Source of the DNA: the human T2T-CHM13v2.0 reference genome, Homo sapiens
Length of the DNA stretch: 64,000 bases
Direction: 5' to 3' (one strand)
Assembly: GCF_009914755.1 (NCBI RefSeq)
Contig: NC_060937.1
The notes under the pieces were generated by a model that was not told the DNA's origin, did not search any database, and saw only the letters and a program-made list of their open reading frames with translations. Position numbers and translations under genes: made by a program. Each line of letters starts with the position of its first letter. Position 1 is the stretch's first letter. Shown here in pieces: positions 29,190 to 46,169 of this stretch.

Positions 29190-29753
29190 TGTGTAAACAG
29201 CTTCTAAAATGACTCCCAGTGATCCCCACTTCCTGGTATTCACTCCCTTGTGGAATCTGCTTCTTTTGTGTGGGAGCTAGAACTAGCTTCTAATAAAAAG
29301 AAGATGGGAAAAAATATGGAATTTATTTCTGAGATGGGATTATAAATGCCTATGACTACTGTTTTGAATGCAGCCTCTTGACTGCTTTCTTGGTTGGCTT
29401 GTTTCAATAAAGCAAGTTGCTGTGCTGGAGAGGCCCATGTGTCAAAGAACTGGGGGTGGCTGCTGACCAACAGCCAGCATGAACTTATGTCTCTAGCCAA
29501 CAGCCCACAAGAAACTGATCCTGCCAACAGCCACATGAGTGAGCTTAAAAGTGTGTGCTTCCCCAGTCAAGCCCTGAGATAGCTACAGCCCTGGCCAACA
29601 CCTTGCTTACAGCCTGTGAGAAATCCAGAAGCTGAGTACATGGCTAAGCCTTCCAGATTCCTGAACTGCAGAAGCTATGAGATAATAAATGTATGCTTCT
29701 TAAACTACTACACTGTGGGGTGATTCGTTACAGAGCAATTGGTAACTAATACA
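29190..29753 (+). mobile_element. MLT1E/F-like LTR
   Basis: ctaaaatgactcccagtgatccccacttcctggtattcac...gccaacagccacatgagtgagctt...taactaataca. Confidence 0.8.
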
Positions 29754-30104
29754 TCTTCCATGGCCTTCTTGTCATTGGTCAACTTTTGTGCATAACTTAA
29801 AAATAGAGACCAGTGTGACACACAAATTTTGGATAGTTTAAGGACACATAGAATCCACTGCACTATCCTGGGCAGACAGTGTTCTGATTTAAACTTGACT
29901 TTTAAAAGATGTTCATGCAGATTTTTGTTTCCAGTATTTCAATATCTTCTCCAGTTCCTTCTGAATATTGCCTGCTTCCATCATGTGGAAAAGCATATTC
30001 CAAAACAAGGGTATGAGGCTGGAGGAGTGAATGCATAAAAAATGTTTAACATCCCTCTAATACCTACAAGTCACCCCTCCATCCCTGCTTTTCCAGAATT
30101 ATGT

Positions 30105-31170
30105 TTATTCATTCAACATTTATTAAGCACTTACTATCCTGGCACTATTCTGGTACTGCCAGGATAGTAAACACAGCAATGAACAAAAGAGGTAAGGTGT
30201 CTGCCTTCACAGGAGTCATGTTTTAGTGAAGGGGGCAATAAAAAAAAATACATAATATAAGGTCAGATAGTGAGAAGTGCTATAAATAAAAAATAAAATG
30301 CAGTAAGGAGGATGCTGAATGGTAGAATCACTCTGGAAGGAAAGGTAGGTGTTTTAGGTAGGGTGGTCCAAGAAAAGAGCCATACTAGGAAAATGTTTTA
30401 GATAATACCTGAAATAATGGAGCGAGCCATGGGAAAAATCTGACCAGAGTATTCCAGTCTAATGAAAGAGCAAGTGCAAAAACTCTGATGTCAGAACAAA
30501 CTCGAGATGTCAAGAAACATCAAGAAAACCAGCACAGGCTGGCTGTGGTGGCTCACACGTGTAATCCCAGCATATTGGGAAACTGAGACAGGAGGATTGC
30601 TTGAGTCCAGGAGTTGCAAAACAGCCTTGGGAACATGGCAAAACACTGTCTCTATAAAAAATACAAAAAAAATTAGCCAGGCATGGTGTCTGTAGTCTCA
30701 GCTATTTGGGAGGCTGAAGTGGGAGGATGATGGAGGCTGCAGTGAGGTGGAGGCTGCAGTGTGCCATAATCAGGAAGTGGAGGCTGCAGTGAGCCATAGT
30801 CATGCCAATGTACTCCAGCCTGGGTGACAAAGTGAGACCCTGTCAAAAAAGAAAAAGAAGAAAGAAAAAGAAAGAAAGAGAGAGAAAGAAAGAAAGAATG
30901 AATGAAAGAAAGAAAGAAAGAAAGAAAGAGGGAGGGAGGGAGAGATGTAAGGAAGGAAGGAAGGAAGAAAGGAAGGAAGAAAACCAGCATAGCTGGAGCA
31001 GCATGAGCATTTAGAGGTGAGGCTAAGGTTGGAGTGAGGAAAAGGGCCTGGCTGTAGAGCTTGTTGACCAGTGGACAAGTTCGTGTTTTATTATGAGCAT
31101 GATGGGAAGACTGTAGAAAGTCTGGGTTTAGATGATTCCAGATTATGTGTATGGAGGGAAATGGGTCACT
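30105..31170 (-). mobile_element. L2 remnant interrupted by an Alu
   Basis: ttcattcaacatttattaagcacttactat...ctggcactattct L2 3' end signature. Confidence 0.7.
30537..30978 (+). mobile_element. AluJ-like element with internal triplication and purine-rich tail
   Basis: ggaggctgcagtg occurs three times (30732-30791); TSD aagaaaaccagca. Confidence 0.9.
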
Positions 31171-31225
31171 GACAGTCTAAGATACCTTTGGAAGAAGGGT
31201 AAATTGGGATAGAAACATTGGCGAG

Positions 31226-31616
31226 TATATTAGTCCGTTCTCATGGTACTAATAAAGACATACCCAAGACTAGGTAATTTACAAAGGAAAGAGGTTTAAT
31301 TGACTCACAGTTCAGCATGGCTGGGGAGGCCTCAGGAAATTTACAATCATGGAAGAAGGGGAAGCAAACATGTCCTTCTTCACATGGCAGCAGGAAGGAG
31401 AAGAATGAGAGAAGTGCAGAGAGAAGAGGGGAGAAGACCCTCACAAAACCATCACATTTCATGAGCACTCACTCACCATCATGAGAACAGCATGACGGAA
31501 CTGCCTTTATGATTCAATCACCTCCCAAGAGGTCCCTCCCTCAACACGTGGGAATTATGATTTCAATTACAATTCAAGATGAGATTTGGGTGGGGACACA
31601 GAGCCAGACCATATCA
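31226..31616 (-). mobile_element. THE1/MSTA-type LTR
   Basis: tattagtccgttctcatggtactaataaagacatacccaagact...gagccagaccatatca. Confidence 0.88.
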
Positions 31617-32042
31617 ATAGGTGCTTAAAAAAATAGAAAATGTGCACGTTCTACAGCCTGGTCATTCCATTTCCAGTATATAACATACAGAAGCCACTAT
31701 GCATTTGCACAAGGAAACATATATAAGGATGTTTATTGCAGTATTGTTTATAATAATGAGACTGTTAAAGATGGAAACTGAATAAAATATGGTACATTAT
31801 AAAGCTGTTAAAAGCAATGAACTAAATCTATTTGTATGAACATACTATGTTTGAAAAACAATGTTGGGTGGAAAAATCAACATACAGATGAATATGTCTT
31901 GCATGACACTACTTATTTACACTGAAAGCAACAACCAACTCACAAAACAATATTACCTACTGGTTGTATATATATATATTTATTTATTTATTTATTTATA
32001 TATATATATATAAATACAGACACACACACACATCCATACATA

Positions 32043-32614
<572 letters not shown>

Positions 32615-32695
32615 TTAATTGAAAGGATACCTACAAAACTCATGGTAGTGGTGGTGGGAACATGAATGGGACACAAGGTCAAATGTCGCTTAAGG

Positions 32696-33018
32696 CAGCG
32701 GTCCCTAATCTTTTTGGCACCAGAGACCAGTTACACGGAAGACAATTTTTCCATGGATTGGGGGAATGGTTTGGGGATGAAATTGTTCCACTTCAGCTCA
32801 TCAGGCATTAGATTCTCATAAGGAGTGCGCAACCTAGATCCCTTGCACACAGTTCACAATAGGCTTTGCACTCCTACCAGAATCTAATGCCACCGCTGAT
32901 CTGACAGGAGGCGGAGCTCAGGAGGTAATAATGCTCACTCGCCTGCCACTCACCTCCTGCTGTGTGGCCCCCGTTCCTAACAGGTATCGGTTTGTGGCCT
33001 GGGGGTTGGGGAACCCTG
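32696..33018 (+). mobile_element. MER1B-like hAT-Charlie MITE
   Basis: cagcggtccctaatc...ggttggggaaccctg terminal inverted repeats; 8-bp TSD gcttaagg/acttaagt. Confidence 0.85.
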
Positions 33019-34023
33019 ACTTAAGTTTTCCCCATAATACTTCCTTTCATTATAAAAATAAAAAGATACATATGACAAAAATATCCTACATTAATTCCAG
33101 GTGGTAAGAAACTGGTGCTTTTTATACTGTTCTTTCTACCTTTATATCCATGTAGGAAAAAGCTCAGCTATTCTACAACAATTAGTTGGAGCAAAAGGAA
33201 AGCCCTTTTGCTTATTTATGGCCATATAAAATTATTCTGCCTTGAGGAGATAAAATCAGATCTCTATTTTGGACTCAAGAAGAAGATTAAAATGTTTCCC
33301 TGGTTGTTTTTGTGGGTAAAATAGGCCACTTATAATTCTTCAGCAGTTTCTGCGGCCTCAGGCCTTTGCAGTCTGCTCTTCTTAACACTCTTCAGCAAAG
33401 CCACAAGGCTCCAGTCTCACAGCCAGGGTCAATATCACTTTTATTATTTTATGTGAAAAGGTCTGTTCACACAGTCCTTAAACCTACATCCAATCAGTTC
33501 ATTTAAAAGAAAAAAACCTCTCCATCCCTGGGATGAGGTCCAAGGACTGAGATATCCTGTGAGCTGAGAAAGAAGAAGTTTAAACCAAAGTACAGATTTA
33601 AGCTTTTAATCCATTGATTTCATTAAGCTAGGCGGCCTGGATCGAAACCAGTCTCATTGGCTGTGAAGACTAGAAATAAATAAACAAATGTAATTACATG
33701 TTTATCACCAAGCAATTGTCAGGTATAATCTGCTGATACTTGAGGGGAAGGTAATGTAGGGGAAGCAGGGTGGGATGGATTGTTGCCATTTTCTTCCTCC
33801 TGATGGGGATTTTTGCAAAACTTAGAATTTACCTACACAGTTTCAACTGATATTGATGTCATAAATCTGACTTCATATTCCTTTTCCCTTACCTCAGCCA
33901 CATTGTTGCCAGATCCTAAATTTCTTTATGCTACGATTTCAACCTCCAAGTCTGTCCTCCACTGGAAAATTCATCGCATCAATCCTACCCTCAAATCCTT
34001 TCCTCCAGGCTCTGAAAAAAAAA

Positions 34024-34152
34024 ATGGGTGCAGTGGCTCACACCTGTAATCCCAGCACTTTGGGAAGCCAAGGCAGGAGGACTGCTTGAACCCAGGAGCT
34101 CGAGGCCAGCCTGGACAACACAGTGAGACCCCATCTCTATTTTTTTAAAAAA
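34024..34152 (+). mobile_element. Alu left monomer (FLAM_C-like)
   Basis: Single Alu arm. Confidence 0.85.
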
Positions 34153-34162
34153 GTTTCCTTCT

Positions 34163-34538
34163 TGATATAGTTTGGCCATGTCCCCACCCAAAATCTCATC
34201 TTGAATTATAATCTCCATAATCCCCACATATTGAAGGAGAGACCAGATGAAGGTAATTGAATCATGGGGGTGGTTTCCCCCATGCTGTTCTCATGATAGT
34301 GAATTCTCATGAGATCTGATGGCCTTATAAGGGGCTCTTCCCCCTTCATTCAGCACTTCTCCTTCCTGCCGCCTTGTGAGGAAGGTGCCTTGCTTCCCCT
34401 TTGCCTTCCACCATGATTGTAAGTTTCCAGATGCCTCCCCAGCCATGCGGAACTGTAACTCAATTAAACCTCTTTCCTTTATAAATTACCCCACTTTGGG
34501 GCAGTTCTTTATACCAGTGTGAAAATGGACTAATATAC
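34163..34538 (+). mobile_element. THE1/MSTA-type LTR
   Basis: tgatatagtttggccatgtccccacccaaaatctcatcttgaatt...aatggactaata. Confidence 0.88.
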
Positions 34539-35309
34539 CTCTCCTTTTCTGTGGCAAAATGAGAATTTTATTCTTCAGTACTCAAATATGAGAAACTTCA
34601 CATTTCTTCCTTTTTCTAAGTCAGATAAACCCACTACACTGTGAGTTGCCTCACCCACTCCCTCAACATGAGAGAGGATCTCTTCCTACTTTTCACAGAA
34701 TTGTATAAGAATCTTGGTGCCAGAGAACCAGCAGGAGGGCTGAACCTTAGTCCAGAGCTTTCACCTCATGGCTGGGGCTCCCTCTGGGCTGCTGCCCAGG
34801 TCCTCTGGCATTGGATACATTCTAAATGTCACACAGGTGCTGGGGTCTCTCAGTGACCCACCCTGAAGAGCACAGATGCCTCCCCAGAACCTCTTGCTGC
34901 TGCTGGCCTTGGTGTACACAGGTTTTCTACAATGATTCCCAATGTAAATGGTAACAGCAGATCATCTGACCAAGTCACTCTCTCCTGGCTGCTTATTGCA
35001 TTTAGAATAAGGCACATGATGCAACCCTATTCTGGGAAATGCACTACCCCTGCCCCCTGTCCCCCACTCCCACCGCTCACCCCAAGCTCCAGCAAAGATC
35101 CACTAAATGCTCTCTATGTCTAACTGCTTCCATCTTTCACCTGCTTTAGGTTCTGCCTAGAACACCACCTTCTCTACCCTCCATCTTCCCTCTTCTCCCC
35201 CGACCCCCAGCCTCACCTGTGTTAATAGTGTTAACACAGATGGGCTCTCAAGTCAAAATGCTTGGGTTTAAACCCACCTATATCTGTGTGTGACCTTGAG
35301 CAAGACACT

Positions 35310-35676
35310 TGATATGGTTTGGCTCTGTCACCACCCAAATCTCATCTTGAATTGTAGCTCCCATAATTCCCACATGTTGTGGGAGAAACCTGATGGGAGA
35401 TAATTGAATTACTGGGGCAGGTCATTCCCATGCTGTTCTCATGATAGTGAATAAGTCTCACGAGATCTGATGGTTTTATACAAAGGAGTTCCCCTGCACA
35501 TGCTCCCTCTCTTACCTGACACCCTGCAAGACATGACTTTGCTCCTCCTTTGCCTTCCACCATGATTGTGAGGCCTCCCCAGCCATGTGGAACTGTAACT
35601 CAATTAAAACTCTTTCTTCATAAATTACCCCGTCTCAGGTATGTCTTTATTAGCGGTGTGAGAACAGACTAATATA
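35310..35676 (+). mobile_element. THE1-type LTR inserted in a MIR
   Basis: tgatatggtttggctctgt...gaacagactaatata; TSD (a)cact; MIR core on both sides. Confidence 0.88.
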
Positions 35677-36116
35677 ACACTTAACCTCTGTCTTAGCACC
35701 CTTGTCTGTAAAATGGACAAAACATATTAATAAAACATTAATTGAATTAATAGATTACAAATAAATTACGACAATATAGCACCTATCCATAGGGGTGGTG
35801 ATAAGAATTAAATTAGCTACTACTAATAAGTGTTTGGAGTAATGGCTGGCCTGTGGGAAAACCACACTAAGCAAGTATTGTTACTGTCACTGCCACCCAG
35901 CTGAGCACAAGCTTTAGCTCCTCTGAGGAGTCTCCCCTCACTCCTCCAAACTGCCTCCAGCATCTCAGGGCACTCCCTGGTTTCAACGTACTCTGGTGAC
36001 TTTCTTAACATAAGACAGTGGGTTTCCCCGGTTCAGTGACTTCTCTGTCACTAGCCCTATGCCCATAGCCGCTCATATTACCGTAAATACAGCACAGATA
36101 TTGGAGTTCAACCAAA

Positions 36117-36298
36117 CCATGGTTTTCAACCCCACATTAGAATCATCTGGGGAGCTTTTAATACACTGCCTGGGCCCCAAGCCAGACCAATTACATCAGG
36201 ATCTCGGAGCATGGGGCTCAGACTTCAGTATTTTCTTAAAATACTGAAGTTATATATACCAGGTGATACTTATATTCAGCCAGTGTTAAGAACCACTG
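36117..36298. mobile_element. MER5-like hAT MITE followed by a MIR (~36310-36400)
   Basis: cacattagaatcatctggggagcttt...ttaagaaccactg. Confidence 0.7.
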
Positions 36299-36429
36299 AC
36301 CTGAACCCACATTGAAATCTCAGTTCTTTCACTTCCCAGCTCTGTGACCTTGGGCAAGTTATCAAGACTCTCTGAGTCTATTTCCACATCTGTAAAATGT
36401 GCATTAAAATATCTGACTGCACTAGTCAC

Positions 36430-36795
36430 ATGCAGAGTGTGTCACCATGGCCTGCACAGATCCGAGAAAGACAGAGGGAGGTCGAGGTTCCCTGTCTTCC
36501 ACTCTGCCAGGCCATCACAAACATCTTGAGTCCCTCCACCAAGGGACACACTGTTGGGCAGTCCTCTCCTACAGACAGAGCTATTTTCTCCATAGGACAC
36601 CCATAGCCATGCCCTTCCATGGCATCTGCAGATGCAGGGGTGGGAACGCCTTCCCACTCTTCATCCCCACGGTCCTTTACTCTGCCTTGTGGGTTTGCCT
36701 TCACTCTGCCCACCCTTGTATAAATAATTCCTTTATTAAAATCTCCCACGCTCTCATCTGAGTGCGCCATTTGTAATCCTGCTGTGATTACAATA
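36430..36795 (+). mobile_element. LTR16-like ERVL LTR remnant
   Basis: cccttgtataaataattcctttattaaaatctcc...tgagtgcgccatttg. Confidence 0.55.
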
Positions 36796-37098
36796 GCAGA
36801 CCAATTGCACTAGAAAGAGAAGAAAAAAGAGAGAACTGAAATCTACAGGTAAATTTTTAGAAAAGTTAAAAAAAAAAAAACACCTCAATCCTACCTTTAC
36901 TGGCAGAATAACCCCATGGAACCCTGGAAAGCTTGAAAAGACTTCTGGGTATCTGTGTTTTGTTTGAGAAAAAACACAGCAAACTAAACCATATTCCAAG
37001 TTTTTCTGAGACTGTGTCTCATACCACTATTTTTCTAGTTGATGATATTCCTTCCGTCAAAGCCTTCTTGTTCTTTTCAAATTGGCAGAAATCATTCA

Positions 37099-37434
<336 letters not shown>

Positions 37435-37496
37435 CTATGGAAAAAACCTATCCCATCAAAATGATATAGTGGAACAGGCTCGGGCTTTGGTGTCAA

Positions 37497-38046
<550 letters not shown>

Positions 38047-38283
38047 TAATCCTTATTTTACATATAAGGAAACTGATGATCGGAAGTTTAAGTAATTTGC
38101 CCAAGGTTGAACAGCTAGTAAATAACAGCATAGGAGATGATGTATGATGTAAGGTGCCCAGAGTGTATATTAGGTACATGATAATGATATCCTGATAGTT
38201 TGATAGTGATTAATTTTCTTGTAAAACAAAATACAAGGAGAGTTCAGAATCCCATCATAATCTAGTAAAGTAGTTCTGAGCTA

Positions 38284-38720
<437 letters not shown>

Positions 38721-39636
38721 GACTGGAAGATAAGGTTAACCCGAATTCTGGAGAACCTTTAATAGCAGACTGAAGAATTCGAGCTTAATATAACTATCAG
38801 GAAGCAAGGCAGTAACCTAGTGGAAATTACGGTTGTATACAGCATTGAGAGAAAGGCATGGATTTGAAATCTCTGGTTCTAGGCCTGGTTAATCTCACTG
38901 CAAACTGTATGAACTTTGACAAGTCTCTGGGCACCATTTCCTTATCAAAAAAGTGAAAAGAATAATGAATAATCTCAAATATATTGTTAATGAGAATTGT
39001 AAAACGGCAATGATATTTATCATTTATCTGTATTTATCAAGAACTTGTTAAATACCTGCAATAAAATGTAATAATGTAATAATTAAAAATAAGTGAGACT
39101 AAGAACATGAGTCCATTCAATAAGCTGCTGTAGAAGTCTTCCTACCAATGTTATTCTCTAAAGGTCATTCCTGGCTGTGCAACTATACTTTGACTAAACT
39201 GAAACCCAGGAACCTAAGTTTTCTACACCCTTAAAAGATGCATTTACTCATGTTTTCGTGCATTCAATAAAGACAGTACAGGGGAGTATGAAAGGTTTTC
39301 TATCATGACTTAACTCTGCTTCTTGCTTTCCCGCTGTGCCTAGATTTAGTTATCAAGACAATTTGACCCTCACTCTTGTAGCAGAAATGGTACAAAAGGC
39401 GGCAAGAGGAGAAAGATGCAGAGCAGCCCTTTTCCCTTGCCTTTTCCTAGATGATTTAGAATTTCCTGATTAGGCACTGGAGCCTGAAGGCAATCACATC
39501 TGTTCTTTGCTATTTAATACTTGTCAGCATCTCTTTAGGAAAGAAAATCTGAATGGCAAGTTTGTGCAGTTTTTTTCAGGTCACTATGCCCTTCCAAAGT
39601 TGAGATGATAATTAAACAAAATCTAGGTATGTCTTT

Positions 39637-39936
39637 CATTTTATTTATTTATTTATTTATTTAGTCAGGGTCTTACTCTGTTACCCAGGCTGGAGTGTAT
39701 TGGTGCAATCACGGCTCACTGAAGCCTCAACCTCTCGGCTCAAGTGATCCTCCCAGCTCAGCCTTCCACTGGGACCACAGGTGCACACCTCCACACCCAG
39801 CTGGTTTTTGTATTTTTGGTAGAGACAGGATTTTGCCATGTTGTACAGGCTTGCCTCGAACTCCTGAGTTCAGGCGATCTACTCACCTCGACCTCCCAAA
39901 GGGCTGGGATTACAAGCGTGAGCCACTGCACCCAGT
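39637..39936 (-). mobile_element. AluJ-like element
   Basis: Diverged reverse Alu with (TTTA)n tail. Confidence 0.9.
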
Positions 39937-40121
39937 CCTACGTACTTCTTGATGCTTGAAAAGTTCATTGATATTCAATACTTACTTTTTTTTATAATAT
40001 AATGGATTGAAGAAAAATAGCCAAAGTCATTGAATAACAATTAAGAAAGTAAGAGTTACAAATGACCAATATATGTACCAGAAAATTCCAACTCTTTCCT
40101 AATTGAAAAGATCTAAATTAA

Positions 40122-40286
40122 GGCCAGGCGCAGTGGCTCACGCCTGTAATCCCAACACTTTGGGAGGCCGAGGCGGGTGGATCACTTGAGGTTAGCCTGG
40201 CCAACATGGTGAAAACCCATCTCTACTAAAAATACAAAAATTAGCCGGGCATGGTGGCGCATGCCTGTAATCCCAGCTACTCGGGA
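40122..40286 (+). mobile_element. 3'-truncated Alu
   Basis: Left arm with small internal deletion; ends abruptly at ctactcggga. Confidence 0.9.
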
Positions 40287-40329
40287 AGTCTCACCTGATA
40301 ACAATATTCCATGGGTGTAGCCTTTTACC

Positions 40330-40618
40330 TTTTTTTTTGAGACAGAGTCTCACTCTGTCACGCAGGCTGGAGTACAGTAGTGCAAAAATCTTGGCTCACT
40401 GCAACCTCTGCCTCTGGGTTCAATCAATTCTCCTGCCTCAGCCTCCCACGTAGCTAGGATTAGAGGCATCCATCACGCCTCGCTGATTTTTGTATTTTAG
40501 TAGAGATTGGGTTTTGTTGTGTTGGCCGGGCTGGTCTCGAATTCCTGACCTCAAGTGATCTGCCTGTGTTGGCCTCCCAAAGTGTTGGGATTACAGGCGT
40601 GAGCCACTGCACCCAGCC
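40330..40618 (-). mobile_element. AluS element
   Basis: TSD gggtgtagcctttta. Confidence 0.95.
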
Positions 40619-40933
40619 AAGGGTGTAGCCTTTTAATAATTGATATTAAGTTAATGCCATTGCTCATCTTTGTATTCCCAACTTCCCCCACCCCCCACCC
40701 AACTTTGTTTCAGATGTTTCTTGTATGCAACAGATAGTTGGGTCTTACATAGCAATTCAATCATTCTTTTTATTGTTATCAGGTGAGATTAACCCACCTC
40801 TATAAACATGGGAGGTACGTTTGGTCTTAGTTCCGTCATCCTATTTTGTTACATTTTTAATATTTTCATTGCCTAAAAAATACTTTCTATAGGCTGTGAT
40901 TTCTTTATAGTTTTGGTGTATGTGCTGTTTCGC

Positions 40934-41231
<298 letters not shown>

Positions 41232-41401
41232 TGGTGTGTTTTTTATGATAATTGGAAAATCTGGTGGCTTTGTTCTAATGTTTACATTTACAATTTCACC
41301 TTTTTTTTGTTATTTTGTGTTTTTCTATTTTCTGGTAGCTAATACATGAACATGGTACAAATTTTAAAAGGTATAAGAATATACATTGAAAAATGTGTCT
41401 T

Positions 41402-41741
<340 letters not shown>

Positions 41742-42012
41742 TTAGAGGCATTTATTGTTACAAAGTTTCTGATAGTTATAATTGTTTAATACTTAATCAT
41801 CTATTTTTAGACAGCATGAATTACTCCCATTATGAACAATAATGTTAGTGTATTTCTTTTGTTTCTACATCCCCATATTATCTGATTTTTGTTTATTGTC
41901 TTTTTTAGTATTTACTTTTATCCTTAAATATATTTGCCATCTATTATTTTTATACCAGATTTCAATGATTTCTTATATCTCAATCTCTAACTATTAAAGA
42001 AATCATAGTACT

Positions 42013-42295
42013 GGCCTGGCGCGGTGGCTCACGCCTGTAATCCCAGCACTTTGGGAGGCTGAGGCGGGTGGATCACGAGATCAGGAGATCGAGACCACGG
42101 TGAAACCCCGTCTCTACTAAAAAATACAAAAAAATTAGCTGGGCGTGGTGGCGGGCACCTGTAGTCCCAGCTACTGGGGAGGCTGAGGCCAGGAGAATGG
42201 CATGAACCCGGGAGGCGGAGCTTGCAGTGAGCCAAGATCGCGCCACTCCACTCCAGCCTGGGAGACAGAGTGAGACTCTGTCTCAAAAAAAAAAA
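42013..42295 (+). mobile_element. AluY/Sc-like element
   Basis: gatcacgagatcaggagatcgagacc and gagaatggcatgaacccgggaggcggagcttgcagtg; TSD aaatcatagtact. Confidence 0.93.
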
Positions 42296-42519
42296 TCATA
42301 GTACTTAGGTCACCTCATACCTTCTCACTATCTCATCCTCCAAAATTTTAATAGCTACATCACTTCTACATCATCAGAATTTATAGATTTAACCTTTCAT
42401 CCTCAACCATATCATGAGATCTGTTTTGGTCTTAATCCTGCAAGTAGAATTGATGTTATACTGCAATTTTTTCATTGAGCTTTTATTTGGCTGAAGTTTG
42501 TCTATAGTATTTTCTTTAA

Positions 42520-42839
<320 letters not shown>

Positions 42840-42884
42840 GCTATAGTAATTGCATCCTGGGTGACTAAAAAATATTTGTATGGA

Positions 42885-43231
<347 letters not shown>

Positions 43232-43586
43232 TCACCCTCTCCTTCTCTAAAGCTTTGTAAGCAAAGCTCCATTGTTTTCTAACATTGAATGTTTCCTGAA
43301 GAGTCAGAGGCCAACCTTACGTTTCCCCCTTAGAGGTGGCTCAAGCATTTCCTCCCCACCAAAATGCCAAGGTCTCTGGCTTCATCTTGGTAGACTCATA
43401 ACTTTACCAGATGTTACTGCTGTTGATTAGTCTGTATCAATTTTTTCAATAAGATGGATCCCTTCAAACTGCAGATCCATGTCTTCTATTTCTATGAAAT
43501 AAATATCTGGAATTTTTTTTCTAATTCTGAGACAACTGCACATTCAAATTTCCTTTTACTCCTGGAAATGTTTATTAAACAGTTAA

Positions 43587-43889
<303 letters not shown>

Positions 43890-45489
43890 TTAACATTTAA
43901 ATATCTTCCAATTTTTTTCTGTTCCATTATTTTCTCTTTGTCATGTACACCTCTTATGCATATATTAAACATCTTTTGTCTTTCATAGATCAGTTTCTCT
44001 CTAATCCTTCTTAAGTGTGCTCATTTACATTACATTTTGTTTGCTTTTCTCAATATGCCATCCATATGCTCCTTTGAGCTACTTTTAATGAGGCTTTTAT
44101 TTCTGTAATAGTCAATATGTATTTTCTTCTTCTTCCCTTTAGTCTGTTAGTTTATGTTTCATCTCCTTATGTTGCCCTGCTATATTTTTCCTGAATTTCC
44201 TATATTTCTTCTTTAAGCTCTTGTTTTATAGACACAATTGAATCAAACATTAATTCTTTTTCCTTTTTAGGTTTTGAATGGTGCTGTTTGGTCACAACAT
44301 CCACTTGCTTTGAGGTAACGTTTTTCTGATGAGCATTTTTTTAGCCAGCATTAGTGTTCCTCCTTTCCCCATTTTTTTTTTCTTACAGTATTGTTGTATG
44401 GTTCTCATTACTATTTGCTACAATTTGTTGCAGGTTACAAGTTACAAATGGTCTAATTTTCCTTAGTAGTCATTGTTGAATTGTTCAGTTCTTTCTATAT
44501 CAAATAATTGCAGAAATATCATGGGAGAGGGGCCAGGGGATAATTTCCAGAGTATCAGAATCACAATTAGGTTCCCTGAGTGAGGTTTTGGGTTCCAGGA
44601 GGGTTTTTCAGTGTCAACTTTTCCCCCAGGAAATCCAGACTGATAACTTTGGCACTGCATGTGATAGTTTCCTCTGCTCTACTGGCAAAGTGCTTCTAGC
44701 AAATATGGTGGGTCTGTGTGTTTCCCTGTGTTCCAAATTAGGTATTGTTGGCCTTGCTCTGCTGACATTCTGAGAGATCTGCACTCCAGGCACCTTCTGT
44801 GGACATCAAGCTCACGTTTTACCGTCGCCACTGAATTTGGCCACCCTCCCCCCTCTACTGTGCTTCTGCGCTACAACTGTCCCCTCGTTTATTCAAACAT
44901 GGAGTTTTCTTTCCTATTTATTTTTGTTTGCTGGCATTTTTAGAGATGAGACTGCAGAAGAACTTTCTTACTATGCCATTTTAAACACAGCTATCTCATG
45001 ATTTTTGTAAAATCCAGATATAATTGTTGTCTTTTTTTATTCTTGCGTAAAGTGTGAAATCTTGCATACCTTCATGGTATTTTGTAATCAGCCCCAGCCT
45101 ATTTCATCTTCATCTTCTGCTGCTTCCTCCCACAACTTTTGCTTTGGCTACAAGATGATATCATACAAAATCCTCAGTGGCAAATGTGTTTTCTCCTGAA
45201 ATTCATAACATAAAATAGCCATTAAAGGGTGTTAGTCATACTTGATAACTATTACTGAAATAAAAACAGGACTCAGGCATAAGAGAGAAAAGAGTTTATC
45301 AAATGGCAATCAGATCAATGGGGATTGTTTCAACAGAGAAAATATTTGACAAAATAAAAGTGAATTCCTTCCTGAAGACACTGGGATATATAAATCAGAA
45401 ATCCCAGATTTTGCATAAAAAAAACATGAATTTTGTCCTTTCTCAAATTCCTTTATTAATCTTGGGATTCCCTTTAAAAAAAAAGAAAT

Positions 45490-46010
45490 GTTTTTATTGA
45501 AGTATAAAATACATACAAATAACTTCATAAATCATAAGTTTACAGTTCAATGAGTTCTTACAAAATGAACACACATTTGTAATCTCCAATATCAAGAAAT
45601 AGAAAACTACCAGCCCCCAAGAAGCTTACATTGGCCACCTCCTAGTCATTAGTCCTTCACTGCAAAGATATCCATTGTCCTGATTGTTCACCATACAATA
45701 TGCTTTCTTCTGTGTTTGGCTTTCTTTAACTTAACATTATGTTTGTGAGGTTTATCTGTGCATCTTCTTTCTGTATAGCATTGTACTGTATAAATATATC
45801 ACAACTGATTTATCCATTCTACTGTTGGTGGAAATTTGGGGTGCTACGTGTTTGGGATTATTATAAATTGCTGCTGTGTGCCTTATTTCACATGTGTTTT
45901 GGTGAGTACGTATACAAATTTCTATTGTGTATACCTAAGAGCAGAACTATTAAACAACAAGGTCTATATGGCCAGCTTTTAGTGATACTACCTCAGTTTT
46001 CCAAAGTTCT
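45490..46010 (-). mobile_element. Old L1 (L1ME-like) 3' fragment
   Basis: tttttattgaagtataaaatacataca...tttatccattctactgttggtgga...tatacctaagagcagaact. Confidence 0.7.
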
Positions 46011-46169
46011 TGGGAGACCCTTCTGGAAGGATTTTTATGCCTGTGGTGAATTTGCATCAAAAGCATTTATATTGGTTACTTTTGGGGCCATAACAATCCA
46101 CACTGAAACTTAGTGGCTCACATCAACTCTTTTGTTGTTCATGATTCTGTAGGTCAGCAATCTGGGTGG

